From Candidatus Omnitrophota bacterium (GTDB lineage Bacteria; Omnitrophota; Gorgyraeia; JABMRG01), in assembly GCA_042577545.1 (NCBI GenBank), contig JBHPDT010000002.1, positions 1,574-65,573 of the forward strand: 64,000 bases of DNA, written 5' to 3'. Positions 1 through 10,640 of this stretch are shown one piece after another (positions within the stretch are counted from its first letter, which is position 1; each line of letters begins with the position of its first letter). Both the position numbers and the translations under genes were made by a program. A model generated the notes under the pieces. The model did not search any database. It was not told the DNA's origin and saw only the letters and a list, made by a program, of their open reading frames with translations.

Positions 1-792
1 ATCAACTAACAGATCCCCGGGACCAAGGTGAATATCATGAAAGATGCGTAAAAGCGGTATGATACGCTCCCCTCTTTTTTTGTCATGATATACAGATTTC
101 GGGATCCCCCCTTCAAATATACTAAAACTCATTGGTTCACGCTCTGGATCATATTTATCCCGCCACCACGCAGCTTGCGCGCGTGGCAATAAACAAAATC
201 CATAATCAATCAAATCCTCATATCTTTCTATACCATGTTCATGAAATAATAGTCGCAAATGCTCAGCTAGGGCCTGCGCATTATCCTCATATAATAGTTC
301 AACACCCCTTAATGGCCCAAACTTAAGAACCAGCTTAAGCAAATAATTCAATCTCTGAACTTGCAACCGATAAGCATAAAACTCCTTAGCCTCGCATTCT
401 TCATTAACAAAGGCCTTTTCCATATGCGCTAGTTTTAGCATAGCAGGTATATATAGATCAAATATACGATCCTCCCAAAGATCCACACCACTTGTCGTTA
501 GACCTATGTCATTTGATAAGTCCTTTAATCTTTGAGTCAGATTTTGCCTAGATTCACTACACAAGACAAGTCCGTCAGGTTCATCGCCTAAAAGAGAGCT
601 TTCAACCTTAAATAACTTAGTATAACACCATAATTTAAAACGAAATCCCAGAGGCGCCTTAGGCAGCTTAATCTGCAAATCCCCAGGCGAGATATCAAAA
701 TCAACCCCTGTCGCCATCGGCCTCAGGCAGAATCCATGCGCTGGAGTCAGAAGTATCGATATAATAAGTATTATTTTTAGTATAGTTTTCAT
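1..792 (-). CDS. Partial hypothetical secreted protein. The N-terminus with a signal-peptide-like MKTILKIILIISILLTPAHG lies at 792; the C-terminus runs off the left edge of the window.
   Basis: Manual reverse-strand translation from ATG at 792 gives an open frame with no stop down to position 1. It is absent from the ORF track, presumably because no stop codon lies inside the window. Confidence 0.45.
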   Translation of the reverse strand, partial: MKTILKIILIISILLTPAHGFCLRPMATGVDFDISPGDLQIKLPKAPLGFRFKLWCYTKLFKVESSLLGDEPDGLVLCSESRQNLTQRLKDLSNDIGLTTSGVDLWEDRIFDLYIPAMLKLAHMEKAFVNEECEAKEFYAYRLQVQRLNYLLKLVLKFGPLRGVELLYEDNAQALAEHLRLLFHEHGIERYEDLIDYGFCLLPRAQAAWWRDKYDPEREPMSFSIFEGGIPKSVYHDKKRGERIIPLLRIFHDIHLGPGDLLVD

Positions 793-962
793 AGTATAAA
801 GAGAAAAACCCCTAGTTTTTTATCCGGCGTAGCCGTGCATGAAAATAGCACGGCGAAGACGGAGCCAGGGATTTTATTGTAATTCTTTATTTGAGTATGT
901 ATTATAGCAATTTAGGTGAGGTATGTCAAGAAAAAAAGATCAAAAAAGTTATCAACATAGCT

Positions 963-1361
963 TTACTTTATATCTGCTTGTTTAAAAAGGCCTTTTACAA
1001 AACCTAAATACGCGCGGCTGTCTTTTTCTCCTACAAAAAACCCGCCATCATATAAATTGAAATTCCGCTCTCGCCTCATCTTGTTACCTAGAACCAAAAT
1101 ATCTTCATCTTTTATTATCTGGCTTAACTTCTCTAAGATTTTAATATGATGGCCGCTTTTACTTCTTATCTTATATCCTTTTTTAGCTATTAGAGCTATG
1201 CCTAATTTTATGAGAGCATCATAACTAAACTTAAAAACAACATCTGGGATATCTGATGATTTGGCTATGTCTAAATCATGAACAGCTGACTTTAAGAACT
1301 GCTCAAGCTGCTTCTTTTCGAACTTTAACTTTTGAAAATACTCGTTTTCAAAATTAATCAT
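963..1361 (-). CDS. HEPN-domain protein, the likely toxin partner of a HEPN/MNT pair
   Basis: Small helical protein immediately downstream of a minimal nucleotidyltransferase, overlapping it by 4 nt (ATGA). The size and arrangement are typical of HEPN/MNT modules. Confidence 0.55.
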   Translation of the reverse strand: MINFENEYFQKLKFEKKQLEQFLKSAVHDLDIAKSSDIPDVVFKFSYDALIKLGIALIAKKGYKIRSKSGHHIKILEKLSQIIKDEDILVLGNKMRRERNFNLYDGGFFVGEKDSRAYLGFVKGLFKQADIK

Positions 1362-1936
1362 ACAAGTTTTATCGGCTTTGTTTTAAAGATATTGGCGATT
1401 AAAGCATCTTTGTTTTTTTTCTTTTTCGTGAATTCCTCTGAACTTAAATTTATCACATTGAATTCTCTGCCTGTGTCCTTCTGCAGTTTTACAATCGACC
1501 TTTGTAGTTCTAATACTGAATGAGCTCCTATGGCTAATATATCTATGTCGCTCGAGGAATCCATCGAATTCTTTGCGTATGATCCAAACACATACGCCTC
1601 CTTTACCCCTTTTAAACTCCCCAATACATCACTTAGCCTCTTTTCTATGCCATGTGTCTTAAGAAAAATTTGCCGGTAGTGCTCTAACACAGGGTTGTCA
1701 TGCGCCAACAAGTAATACCTCTCTTTGCCGCGAAATTCACTTTTAAACAATCCTTTTTCTTCACATTCTTTAAGCTTGGTTTCGGTATTCTTCGGATCGA
1801 GTTCTAAAATCCTTGCCAACTCGTTAATATAATGCTGGGCATTGGGATTTAGAAAATAATAATCGAGAATTTTTACTGTTACCTTTGATCGTAAGGATAT
1901 CATATTTTTACCATGTTTATGGTAATATATTACCAT
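1358..1936 (-). CDS. Minimal nucleotidyltransferase (MNT) with an N-terminal winged-helix domain, the antitoxin-like partner
   Basis: Carries the motif VFGSYAKNSMDSSSDIDILAIG, a GS...DxD Pol-beta-superfamily NTase signature. Has an N-terminal HTH-like region and is translationally coupled to the HEPN gene. Confidence 0.65.
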   Translation of the reverse strand: MVIYYHKHGKNMISLRSKVTVKILDYYFLNPNAQHYINELARILELDPKNTETKLKECEEKGLFKSEFRGKERYYLLAHDNPVLEHYRQIFLKTHGIEKRLSDVLGSLKGVKEAYVFGSYAKNSMDSSSDIDILAIGAHSVLELQRSIVKLQKDTGREFNVINLSSEEFTKKKKNKDALIANIFKTKPIKLV

Positions 1937-2019
1937 AACGTATTATTTTGTCAAGAATAAAAAAGTAGCGCACCCTATAAGGGTGCGCTACAATTGTGGA
2001 TAACTGTGAAAACCAGAAC

Positions 2020-3372
<1,353 letters not shown>

Positions 3373-3435
3373 CTACTGTCCGCGATAACTATTAGCGCCG
3401 TTGGTAATACTTATCGTGATATTGACTAAGTTTTT

Positions 3436-4869
3436 TTAAATATTCACTATTTGTTTCAAGAAAGAATCTACTATAGCAGATGCCGCCTTCTTCGCCATAC
3501 CCATAGCCTCAATTACCGTACCTTCACCGCCGACTATGTCACCACCAGCATAGACATTTTTCACTGAGGTCTCCATCGTCTCGGAATTTACTGTAATATC
3601 ACCCCATTTATCTGTACTTAGCTCTGGTGTGACGCTAGTAAGAAGTTTGTTTGCCCCTAAGCCTACCGCGATTACAGCCTGATCGCAGTCAGAATCAAAC
3701 TCACTTCCCTTGATCGGGACAGGACGTCTTCTTCCGCTTGAATCTGCTTCGCCAAGCTCACACCTTAGGCACTTAATCTTCTCTACATTACCTTTATCAT
3801 TGCCAAAAAAACCTGTGGGCTGCATCAAAAACTCAAAACTAACACCCTCTTCCTTGGCATGCTCGATCTCAAGTCGTCGCGCTGGCATCTCTACTTCTGT
3901 GCGTCTGTAAAAAATACTGACATCTGGTTTGATATTATTTATCTTCTGTAGCCTTAGCGCAATACGGGCAGCATCCATGGCTGTATTGCCTCCACCGATC
4001 ACCACAATATGTCTGCCAACAGTTACAGGTGTATGATATTCAGGAAATCTATAAGCGCCCATTAGGTTTACACGGGTCAAAAACTCATTCGCGGAATACA
4101 CATTGCAAAGGTTCTCACCATCTATACCCATAAAAGATGGTATGCCAGCGCCAAGACCAAGAAATATCGCAGAATATCCTTCGTCAAATAGTTCAGTTAA
4201 GGTCTTGTTCTTGCCTATTATATAATTTAGTACTATCTCAACACCAAGGCTCTTTACGCAATCTATCTCAAAATCCAATACCTCTTGTGGAAGTCTAAAA
4301 GGCGGAATTCCATATCTCAATACACCACCTGTCTTATGAAGCCCCTCAAATATAGTAACTTTAATTCCGTGTCGAGCCAATTCTCCAGCGCAACATAGAC
4401 CCGCAGGCCCGGCCCCTACCACTGCTACCTTCTTGTCAGATAAACGCTTATCTGCAGAGGCCCCTGTCTCAAGTTTATTATCTTTACCGTAATCGCCTAT
4501 GAATCTTTCTAAAAAGTGGATATTTATCGCTTTCTCAGATGCAAAAGGCTGATCCTTCTTAGTAAAGACACAGACCTTTCTGCATTGATATTCCGCCGGG
4601 CAGACCCTACCGCATATAGATGGGAAATTATTCTTCTCTCTTATGGTAAAATAGGCGCCTTTGTAATCCTTTTGCGTAATCTGGGCAATAAATTTTTTGA
4701 TATCTATTTCAACAGGACACCCCTGTATGCAGGTGGGATCTTTGCATTGAATACAGCGCCCCGCTTCCTGAATCGCCTCATCCTCTGTATATTTTGAGAC
4801 AACCTCTTTGAAGCCGGCTACGCGCTCTAGCGCGTCGAGTTCTTGTGGTCTTACTGCTTCTTTTTTCAT
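3436..4869 (-). CDS. nfnB: GltD-like FAD/NAD(P) oxidoreductase large subunit (NfnB/SudA-like) with an N-terminal 4Fe-4S Cys cluster
   Basis: Cys-rich N-terminus (CIQCKDPTCIQGCP) followed by two GxGxxG dinucleotide-binding motifs. Overlaps the upstream PyrK-like partner by 4 nt. Confidence 0.75.
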   Translation of the reverse strand: MKKEAVRPQELDALERVAGFKEVVSKYTEDEAIQEAGRCIQCKDPTCIQGCPVEIDIKKFIAQITQKDYKGAYFTIREKNNFPSICGRVCPAEYQCRKVCVFTKKDQPFASEKAINIHFLERFIGDYGKDNKLETGASADKRLSDKKVAVVGAGPAGLCCAGELARHGIKVTIFEGLHKTGGVLRYGIPPFRLPQEVLDFEIDCVKSLGVEIVLNYIIGKNKTLTELFDEGYSAIFLGLGAGIPSFMGIDGENLCNVYSANEFLTRVNLMGAYRFPEYHTPVTVGRHIVVIGGGNTAMDAARIALRLQKINNIKPDVSIFYRRTEVEMPARRLEIEHAKEEGVSFEFLMQPTGFFGNDKGNVEKIKCLRCELGEADSSGRRRPVPIKGSEFDSDCDQAVIAVGLGANKLLTSVTPELSTDKWGDITVNSETMETSVKNVYAGGDIVGGEGTVIEAMGMAKKAASAIVDSFLKQIVNI

Positions 4870-5699
4870 AGCAATTTACAGATATGCGCTTCCTTATCCT
4901 GATACTTGCTGGTCCGTTTCTTAAGCTCATCCCAATCGACTATATGGGCATCAAACTCAGGCCCGTCAACACAGCTGAATTTCACCTCATCCCCAATCTT
5001 TACCCTGCAGCAACCGCACATGCCTGTAGCATCGACCATAAGCGCGTTAAGGGATACGAGTGTAGAAACACCATGCTCTTTTGTAATGCCTGCCACCCGC
5101 TCCATCATAGGAATTGGACCTACAGCGTAAACTAGCTTGTAGCTTGTAGCTTGTGGCTTGTGGATAAGTAAATCACCCAATATGTTGGTGGTGAATCCTT
5201 TTTTTCCGTAAGAACCGTCGTCAGTGCAAATTAGCAGCGTATCAGATACCTTCTTTAATTCATCTTCCAAAATCAATATCTCTTTAGTTCTTGCTCCTAA
5301 AATAGTTGTTACATTATTTCCAGCTTCTTTAAGGCCCCGCGCAACTGGAAATATCTCCGCTATCCCAACGCCACCGCCTATTATAATAACACTACCATAG
5401 TCCTTCATCTGGGTCGCGTGGCCCAGGGGACCAACTAACGCATAGAGAGAATCTCCGGCATTAAGCCTGCCTAAAAGCTGGGTTGTGAATCCTAGTTCTT
5501 GAAATATAAGCTTAATAGTCCCTGAAGATAAATTCTTATCAACAACTGTTAAAGGTATCCGTTCGCCTTCTTCGCTTACCATCAGAATAACAAATTGCCC
5601 TGGTAAGGCCTTTGGGGCAATATGAGGCGCTTGGACATCAATCTCGGTTACCCTTGTATCTTTTGTATCGACTAATATTTTTTTATTAAGTATCTTCAT
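4866..5699 (-). CDS. nfnA: PyrK/ferredoxin-NADP reductase-like small subunit (NfnA/SudB-like) with a C-terminal 2Fe-2S Cys motif
   Basis: FAD-binding beta-barrel plus NAD-binding fold, and a C-terminal CGCCRV...C cluster. Translationally coupled to the GltD-like gene. Confidence 0.7.
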   Translation of the reverse strand: MKILNKKILVDTKDTRVTEIDVQAPHIAPKALPGQFVILMVSEEGERIPLTVVDKNLSSGTIKLIFQELGFTTQLLGRLNAGDSLYALVGPLGHATQMKDYGSVIIIGGGVGIAEIFPVARGLKEAGNNVTTILGARTKEILILEDELKKVSDTLLICTDDGSYGKKGFTTNILGDLLIHKPQATSYKLVYAVGPIPMMERVAGITKEHGVSTLVSLNALMVDATGMCGCCRVKIGDEVKFSCVDGPEFDAHIVDWDELKKRTSKYQDKEAHICKLL

Positions 5700-5986
5700 T
5701 ACTAGAGTGGTATATCCTTAAATGAAATGAGAGTTTTTTTGCACAATATTTAGGCAGCGGTAATGAAAAAAAGACATTCCTCCCCACCTCTTATTTCTGG
5801 GTATAGAACGTCTTTGTCCTATTCTTGATACGCCTTTGTATCGGTAGTGATATAATTATCTACAAATTCAGGAATTAGTCAAGAGAAATCTGACTTTTTG
5901 TCAAGCAAATTTAAAAATGTAACATTCGGGTACGGGATCTGGTCTAGTGAAAACCCCAGTGAGAATGCAAAGCAAGGAATTGGCAA

Positions 5987-8512
5987 TTATCTCTCCTGCT
6001 TAATCTCTTTGCTTTTGTGTCGAAAAGCCTTCCTCCCGACTACAACTATTCCAGCAATAAATAGTAACCAGGATATAATCGATATTATCAGTCCAACCTT
6101 AAAGGATTTAGGGTCGCAATAAAATCTTATTATAGATTCTCCTTCAGGGATAATAACCCCGGAAAAGAGTAGATTAACCCTAAATATATCGACAGGATCT
6201 CCGTTAATAGTACATCTCCACCATGAATGCCATGTATTTGTTGTGCCTAAAACCCTTCTTGAGTCCGAGTTAACCTTTAATTCAATGAGATCGGGCGTAT
6301 CTCTGTTAATAGAAATCCTTTCATTGTCAATGGCTTTAAAGGTTACCTTACGATTCTCTTCTCTAGTCCTGTTTTCGTTTACTAGATATGAAGTCTTACG
6401 AGGGTCATAGGTGTCAACTATCAACGTATTTAATAAATCGTTAACGTTTTGTTTATATACGATAGATGACGGAAAATAAAATCTCGGAGCAACATCCTCT
6501 ACTTCTAAAACCGCTATCTTCTCATCCGCGTATATTTCTTTGTAGTTGTTTTTATAATTATTCATATACCCCCGAATGAACCCGCCGGGTTCTTTTGCTG
6601 AGAATATCAAATATTTTATTGAAAAAAGATTCAGAAACCCTTGAGATATCATAGGGCCGGAAGGCGCGGCTCTAAAAAAGAGTCCGTTTCTTCTAAAAAA
6701 CATAGCATAAAGCAAATTATTATTGGGAACAAGACTGGAGTACCCAGTAACAATAGGTAATCGGCCCAACATATTACCGTCTGGTCCCAATCGAAATATA
6801 TTATCCTTCGCTTCCGCGCCTTCGCAAATTAGCTTTCTGCTGGATCTAAACTCTTCCAGGCCTGAGAGATGATGAATTCTATACTTACTTAAGTCACCAT
6901 CTTTAAGCAAAATCTCGGCAGGGTGCTCTATAGCTACAGAAAGCTCCTTATAATTAATTCCTCGACAAAATGTTTTTTTCCAGAAGCGGAATTGATTATT
7001 TATGTCTGTAAGATCTACGAAGTTGATAACTATTAATACTCCTATAAACACAGATGTCCATTTGGGTTTAATCTTAATAGCAAATAATAGCAGCAGCCCT
7101 ACCAGAAGTATCACGATACCCCTAACTGCTACCCCGCGTAGAATCGGAAAATTTTTCTCAAAAAACGGTTCTGCCTTATCAATCATATCAGCTCTGGCGT
7201 GTACACTCGATACAAAAGATTTTGTAACTGACGGAAACGAAAATAAAACAATAGATACTAAGAAGATAAGCATGACACATATATACCCATTTAACAGTTT
7301 ACGACTGCTTACAATCTTCTCAAGAATTGCAAAGCAGATAATCGCACCCGGCAATATGATAAGATTATTAATGCGACCGTAAGGTACGCCACTTTTAAGA
7401 TTCAGAAAATAAAGCAATCGGATGCCAATAGTCGTGGTTGTCGCTACAACAATAAAGAGATACATCAACCGCCAGAACTTTAACCTGCGTCCCAAAAATA
7501 ATAATCCGTATACAATTGTAACAGCTGCCAACAAACCTTGATAAGTCGTAAATGACTCCACGGTTGACCAGCCATCTCTCCATGTCGGCCACCAACCTAC
7601 GCCCGCGGAAGTGAATATCTTAGGTAGAACTATTCGGATAACATATTGCCAAGGTACTAAGTTATAAGCAACTGATCGCTCCATTGATACACCGACCCTA
7701 AGCTGATCTCCTGTATGCCTTAAATTATCCATGAGCGGCATGAGAAAATAGGAAGAGAGCAACACCGCGTAAAAACACGCGAACGACAAGACCACAAAAA
7801 CTCTTAAGCGAGATCGTACGCTTCCCCCGACAAAAAGTCCATACATAAAATAGATATAAATAGAATATAAACTAAACTGAATAGTACCTTGTGTAAACTG
7901 AATATGAATAAAGAATATAGTGAAAAGTATATCAAGCAGTCGTATGCGGTCTCGTAATCGGTGAATAAAAAACAGTATCCACGGTATAACAGCAAATTGT
8001 ATAGACATAGGATAAAATAAGCCTAACACTGAAATACTTGTCGATGAAACATACATAAGTGCGGCCGCAAACCTGTAAAATTTATTTTCAATCCAATAAC
8101 CCGCCAAGAGAAATAACCCGATTCCAGCCAATATTATCTCCAATAAATAATGTAGCTCCAATAGATACAAAAAATTCTGTTTGCTGGATATGAGCAGAGT
8201 CAATATAACAGTCGGACTGAGAAACATATTAGGATTACCAATCAGTGGCATACCATTCCATATATATGGATTCCAACGTATAATATGGAAATTCTTTATA
8301 CCGTCTCTCAAGAGATCTAGCAGGGGATAATATACCTCAAGCCCATCTTCACTAAAGATTACGTGATGGGGAGATTGCACAAATGTGATATTGGGATATA
8401 CTATTACGCAGATTGCTATAACAAGGCCAATAATCCAAAAAATATTGGGCAAGTTTAATAGCTTTATAAGAAGTTTATTTTGCTGTGGCTCCATGTAACA
8501 ATCCTTACGCAA
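5987..8512 (-). CDS. Large polytopic membrane protein, YfhO-like (glycosyl transfer to cell-envelope polymers)
   Basis: More than 12 predicted TM helices over 841 aa, with a C-terminal extracytoplasmic domain. Lies immediately downstream of a GT2 gene, an arrangement typical of GtrB/YfhO-type pairs. Confidence 0.45.
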   Translation of the reverse strand: MRKDCYMEPQQNKLLIKLLNLPNIFWIIGLVIAICVIVYPNITFVQSPHHVIFSEDGLEVYYPLLDLLRDGIKNFHIIRWNPYIWNGMPLIGNPNMFLSPTVILTLLISSKQNFLYLLELHYLLEIILAGIGLFLLAGYWIENKFYRFAAALMYVSSTSISVLGLFYPMSIQFAVIPWILFFIHRLRDRIRLLDILFTIFFIHIQFTQGTIQFSLYSIYIYFMYGLFVGGSVRSRLRVFVVLSFACFYAVLLSSYFLMPLMDNLRHTGDQLRVGVSMERSVAYNLVPWQYVIRIVLPKIFTSAGVGWWPTWRDGWSTVESFTTYQGLLAAVTIVYGLLFLGRRLKFWRLMYLFIVVATTTTIGIRLLYFLNLKSGVPYGRINNLIILPGAIICFAILEKIVSSRKLLNGYICVMLIFLVSIVLFSFPSVTKSFVSSVHARADMIDKAEPFFEKNFPILRGVAVRGIVILLVGLLLLFAIKIKPKWTSVFIGVLIVINFVDLTDINNQFRFWKKTFCRGINYKELSVAIEHPAEILLKDGDLSKYRIHHLSGLEEFRSSRKLICEGAEAKDNIFRLGPDGNMLGRLPIVTGYSSLVPNNNLLYAMFFRRNGLFFRAAPSGPMISQGFLNLFSIKYLIFSAKEPGGFIRGYMNNYKNNYKEIYADEKIAVLEVEDVAPRFYFPSSIVYKQNVNDLLNTLIVDTYDPRKTSYLVNENRTREENRKVTFKAIDNERISINRDTPDLIELKVNSDSRRVLGTTNTWHSWWRCTINGDPVDIFRVNLLFSGVIIPEGESIIRFYCDPKSFKVGLIISIISWLLFIAGIVVVGRKAFRHKSKEIKQER

Positions 8513-8518
8513 GAAACA

Positions 8519-9985
8519 TTATCTTTTCTTAGAAACTACCGCAAACAGCGTAGTGCCAAAAGGGAACTTAATTCTATCTAAGAGTTTAATTTCAATAGTA
8601 AACCAAAATCTGAGAAACTCATTCAGTATTTTCGGTGGCAGTGTGGTAGTATCACTATGTGGTTTTTTACCAGACACAACCATCCTCCTCAGTAATCTTA
8701 TAGGAGCGACAACTAAAAAAGATATGAAAAAGAAATATCCTAAACGTTCTATCTTAAATCCAGATTCATGCAAATCCGCGCATAGAGATACCTTATCATA
8801 TCTTCTAAAATGACACAAGGCTTCATCATGCTGACTCCATAAAAACGCAAAGGCCGGCACAGTTATTACCATTTTACCATTGTCGCGCATAACCCTTTTA
8901 CATTCGTGCAATACTTCTATCGGATCTGATACGTGCTCCAGTATGTCAAGGCATGTTACAATATCAAATCTAGAATCTTTATAATCCATCTTCTCCGCGG
9001 TAGATCGTAATACATTAGTTATGCCTCTTTCTTTACAAAAACTTACAGCTCGATCTGATACATCAACGCCATGCGCATCTCCAATCTTGTTTAAGGATAA
9101 TAGCGTGCGGCCTGTGCCGGATCCTACATCCAATATTGCGGGAGACTCGGACCTTATCGGGTTCATTAAGCTTAGGGCCAGTCTTCTATGGGAAATGAAC
9201 CACCAGTGGTAGTTTTCCATATTATACATGTACCTGTATTCGTCAGGTCCCATGTATTTATCTGACGTGTTAATCGGAACACAATGCCAATTACGAACCT
9301 GTAATATATTAACGAACATTTTTATCGGATCAGTGAGCACATTGATCTTCGATCCACTGCGATGTCTCCAGGAGACAGGACTCTCAATAATCCTATATCC
9401 CATCTTATGCCCAAGGTATAGGGCTTCGATATCAAAGCCAAACCCATTCAGGTAAATCCTGGAAAAAAGCGGCACTATTACATCTTTCTTAAACATCTTA
9501 AAACCACATTGCGTATCGCTAATATTCTTGAAAAGAAAAAACTGAACAAAGGAATTGAAAACTTTCCCAATAAGTTTCCTATACCATTTTACTTCCAGTG
9601 TCTGGCCCTTATCTTTAAGGACCCTTGAGCCCACAAAGATATCATACCCTTGCTTCAGGAGATAATGGATATTCTTATCTATCTCATCCGGTTGGACCGA
9701 ACCATCAGCATCCATAAAAACGCGTAGCTCACCGGTAGCTTTAAGCATACCCCTTTTGACAGCATAGCCTTTTCCATGGTTCCTATCAATCTTGACTAGC
9801 TGGAGATTTTTGAATCTTTTTGCGTATGAGATAACTACTGCTTCAGTCTTATCAGCGCTACCATCATCAACCACTATTATCTCGGATTTTCTTTTAGAGT
9901 TATTGCAATAAGAGATGACCTGCTCGAGAAATTGCGGGAGTCTTTTTTCTTCATTATAGGCAGGAATTATAATAGATAAATCCAT
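8519..9985 (-). CDS. Family 2 glycosyltransferase (polyprenyl-phosphate sugar transferase type) fused to a C-terminal class I SAM-dependent methyltransferase
   Basis: N-terminal IIIPAYNEE...VVDDGSADKT...DADG, a GT2 DxD signature. C-terminal LDVGSGTGRT...FDIVTCLDILEHV is SAM-MTase motif I/II. Confidence 0.7.
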   Translation of the reverse strand: MDLSIIIPAYNEEKRLPQFLEQVISYCNNSKRKSEIIVVDDGSADKTEAVVISYAKRFKNLQLVKIDRNHGKGYAVKRGMLKATGELRVFMDADGSVQPDEIDKNIHYLLKQGYDIFVGSRVLKDKGQTLEVKWYRKLIGKVFNSFVQFFLFKNISDTQCGFKMFKKDVIVPLFSRIYLNGFGFDIEALYLGHKMGYRIIESPVSWRHRSGSKINVLTDPIKMFVNILQVRNWHCVPINTSDKYMGPDEYRYMYNMENYHWWFISHRRLALSLMNPIRSESPAILDVGSGTGRTLLSLNKIGDAHGVDVSDRAVSFCKERGITNVLRSTAEKMDYKDSRFDIVTCLDILEHVSDPIEVLHECKRVMRDNGKMVITVPAFAFLWSQHDEALCHFRRYDKVSLCADLHESGFKIERLGYFFFISFLVVAPIRLLRRMVVSGKKPHSDTTTLPPKILNEFLRFWFTIEIKLLDRIKFPFGTTLFAVVSKKR

Positions 9986-10005
9986 AAATGATCTTTCGAT
10001 GAAAC

Positions 10006-10494
10006 CTAGGATACAAGTAATAATCTGGTAATCGCGGCTGCTGCTTTTTTGGCCATAATTACAGTGCCCTCTCCACCTACAATGTCGCCACCAGCATAGA
10101 CTCCTTGAATAGAGGTCTTCATTGTATTAGGATCTACAGTAATATCGCCCCATTTATCGGTTTTTAGGCCTGGGGTAACACTTGTAAGTAGCTTGTTCGC
10201 GCCAAGGCCTACTGCGATCACAGCCTGATCGCACTCTGCCTCAAAGTCACTGCCTATAATAGGCACTGGCCTTCTTCTACCACTTGAATCTGGCTCACCA
10301 AGTTCACATTTGAGCAATCTTATCTTCTGAACGCACCATTTCTCATCCCCGCCGAACCCAGTTGGCTGAATCAGAAACTCAAATTTAACGCCCTCTTCTT
10401 TTGCCATCACAACCACAAACTGTCCTGGCAAGACCTTGGGGGCAATGTGAGGCGCCTCTACCTCGATCATTGTAGATCTGGGGTTTTGTTGCAC
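10006..10494 (-). pseudogene. In-frame deletion remnant of a second nfnAB-like copy: the first ~37 codons of nfnA fused to the last ~125 codons of nfnB
   Basis: The N-terminus MIEVEAPHIAPKVLPGQFVVVMAKEEG matches the NfnA N-terminus. The rest (FEFLIQPTGF...CELGEPDSSGRRRPVPI...AVIAVGLGANKLLTSVTP...GGDIVGGEGTVI) matches the NfnB C-terminus. The junction sits at a shared EEG microhomology. Confidence 0.6.
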
Positions 10495-10545
10495 CTGTTA
10501 TGATCTGTTTTTTGAGGATCTTCATAGTAAACGTTCATGATAGTT

Positions 10546-10640
10546 ATCCCCCCTTGATTTCTTTGAAATCAAAACAGGGGGGATAAATTCGCACTTATGA
10601 GTTATGTCATATTCCATATGACATAACTCATGTGCTCATT
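10546..10640. repeat. R-family composite repeat, copy R1: C/G palindrome plus TAAATTCGCAC-hairpin-GTGCTCATT
   Basis: ATCCCCCCTTGATTTCTTTGAAATCAAAACAGGGGGGAT followed by CACTTATGAGTTATGTCATATTCCATATGACATAACTCATGTG. Abuts the glnA copy-1 stop codon. Confidence 0.65.

Noticed and set aside
132-326. ORF 132..326 (+)
   Set aside because: It is antisense to the longer open frame 1..792 (-) that carries a signal peptide, and has no features of its own.
10006-10494. Treating the 162-aa Nfn-like ORF as a functional small oxidoreductase subunit
   Set aside because: It lacks the Fe-S Cys clusters and most of both dinucleotide-binding domains. It is best explained as a deletion remnant, although the frame is still open.
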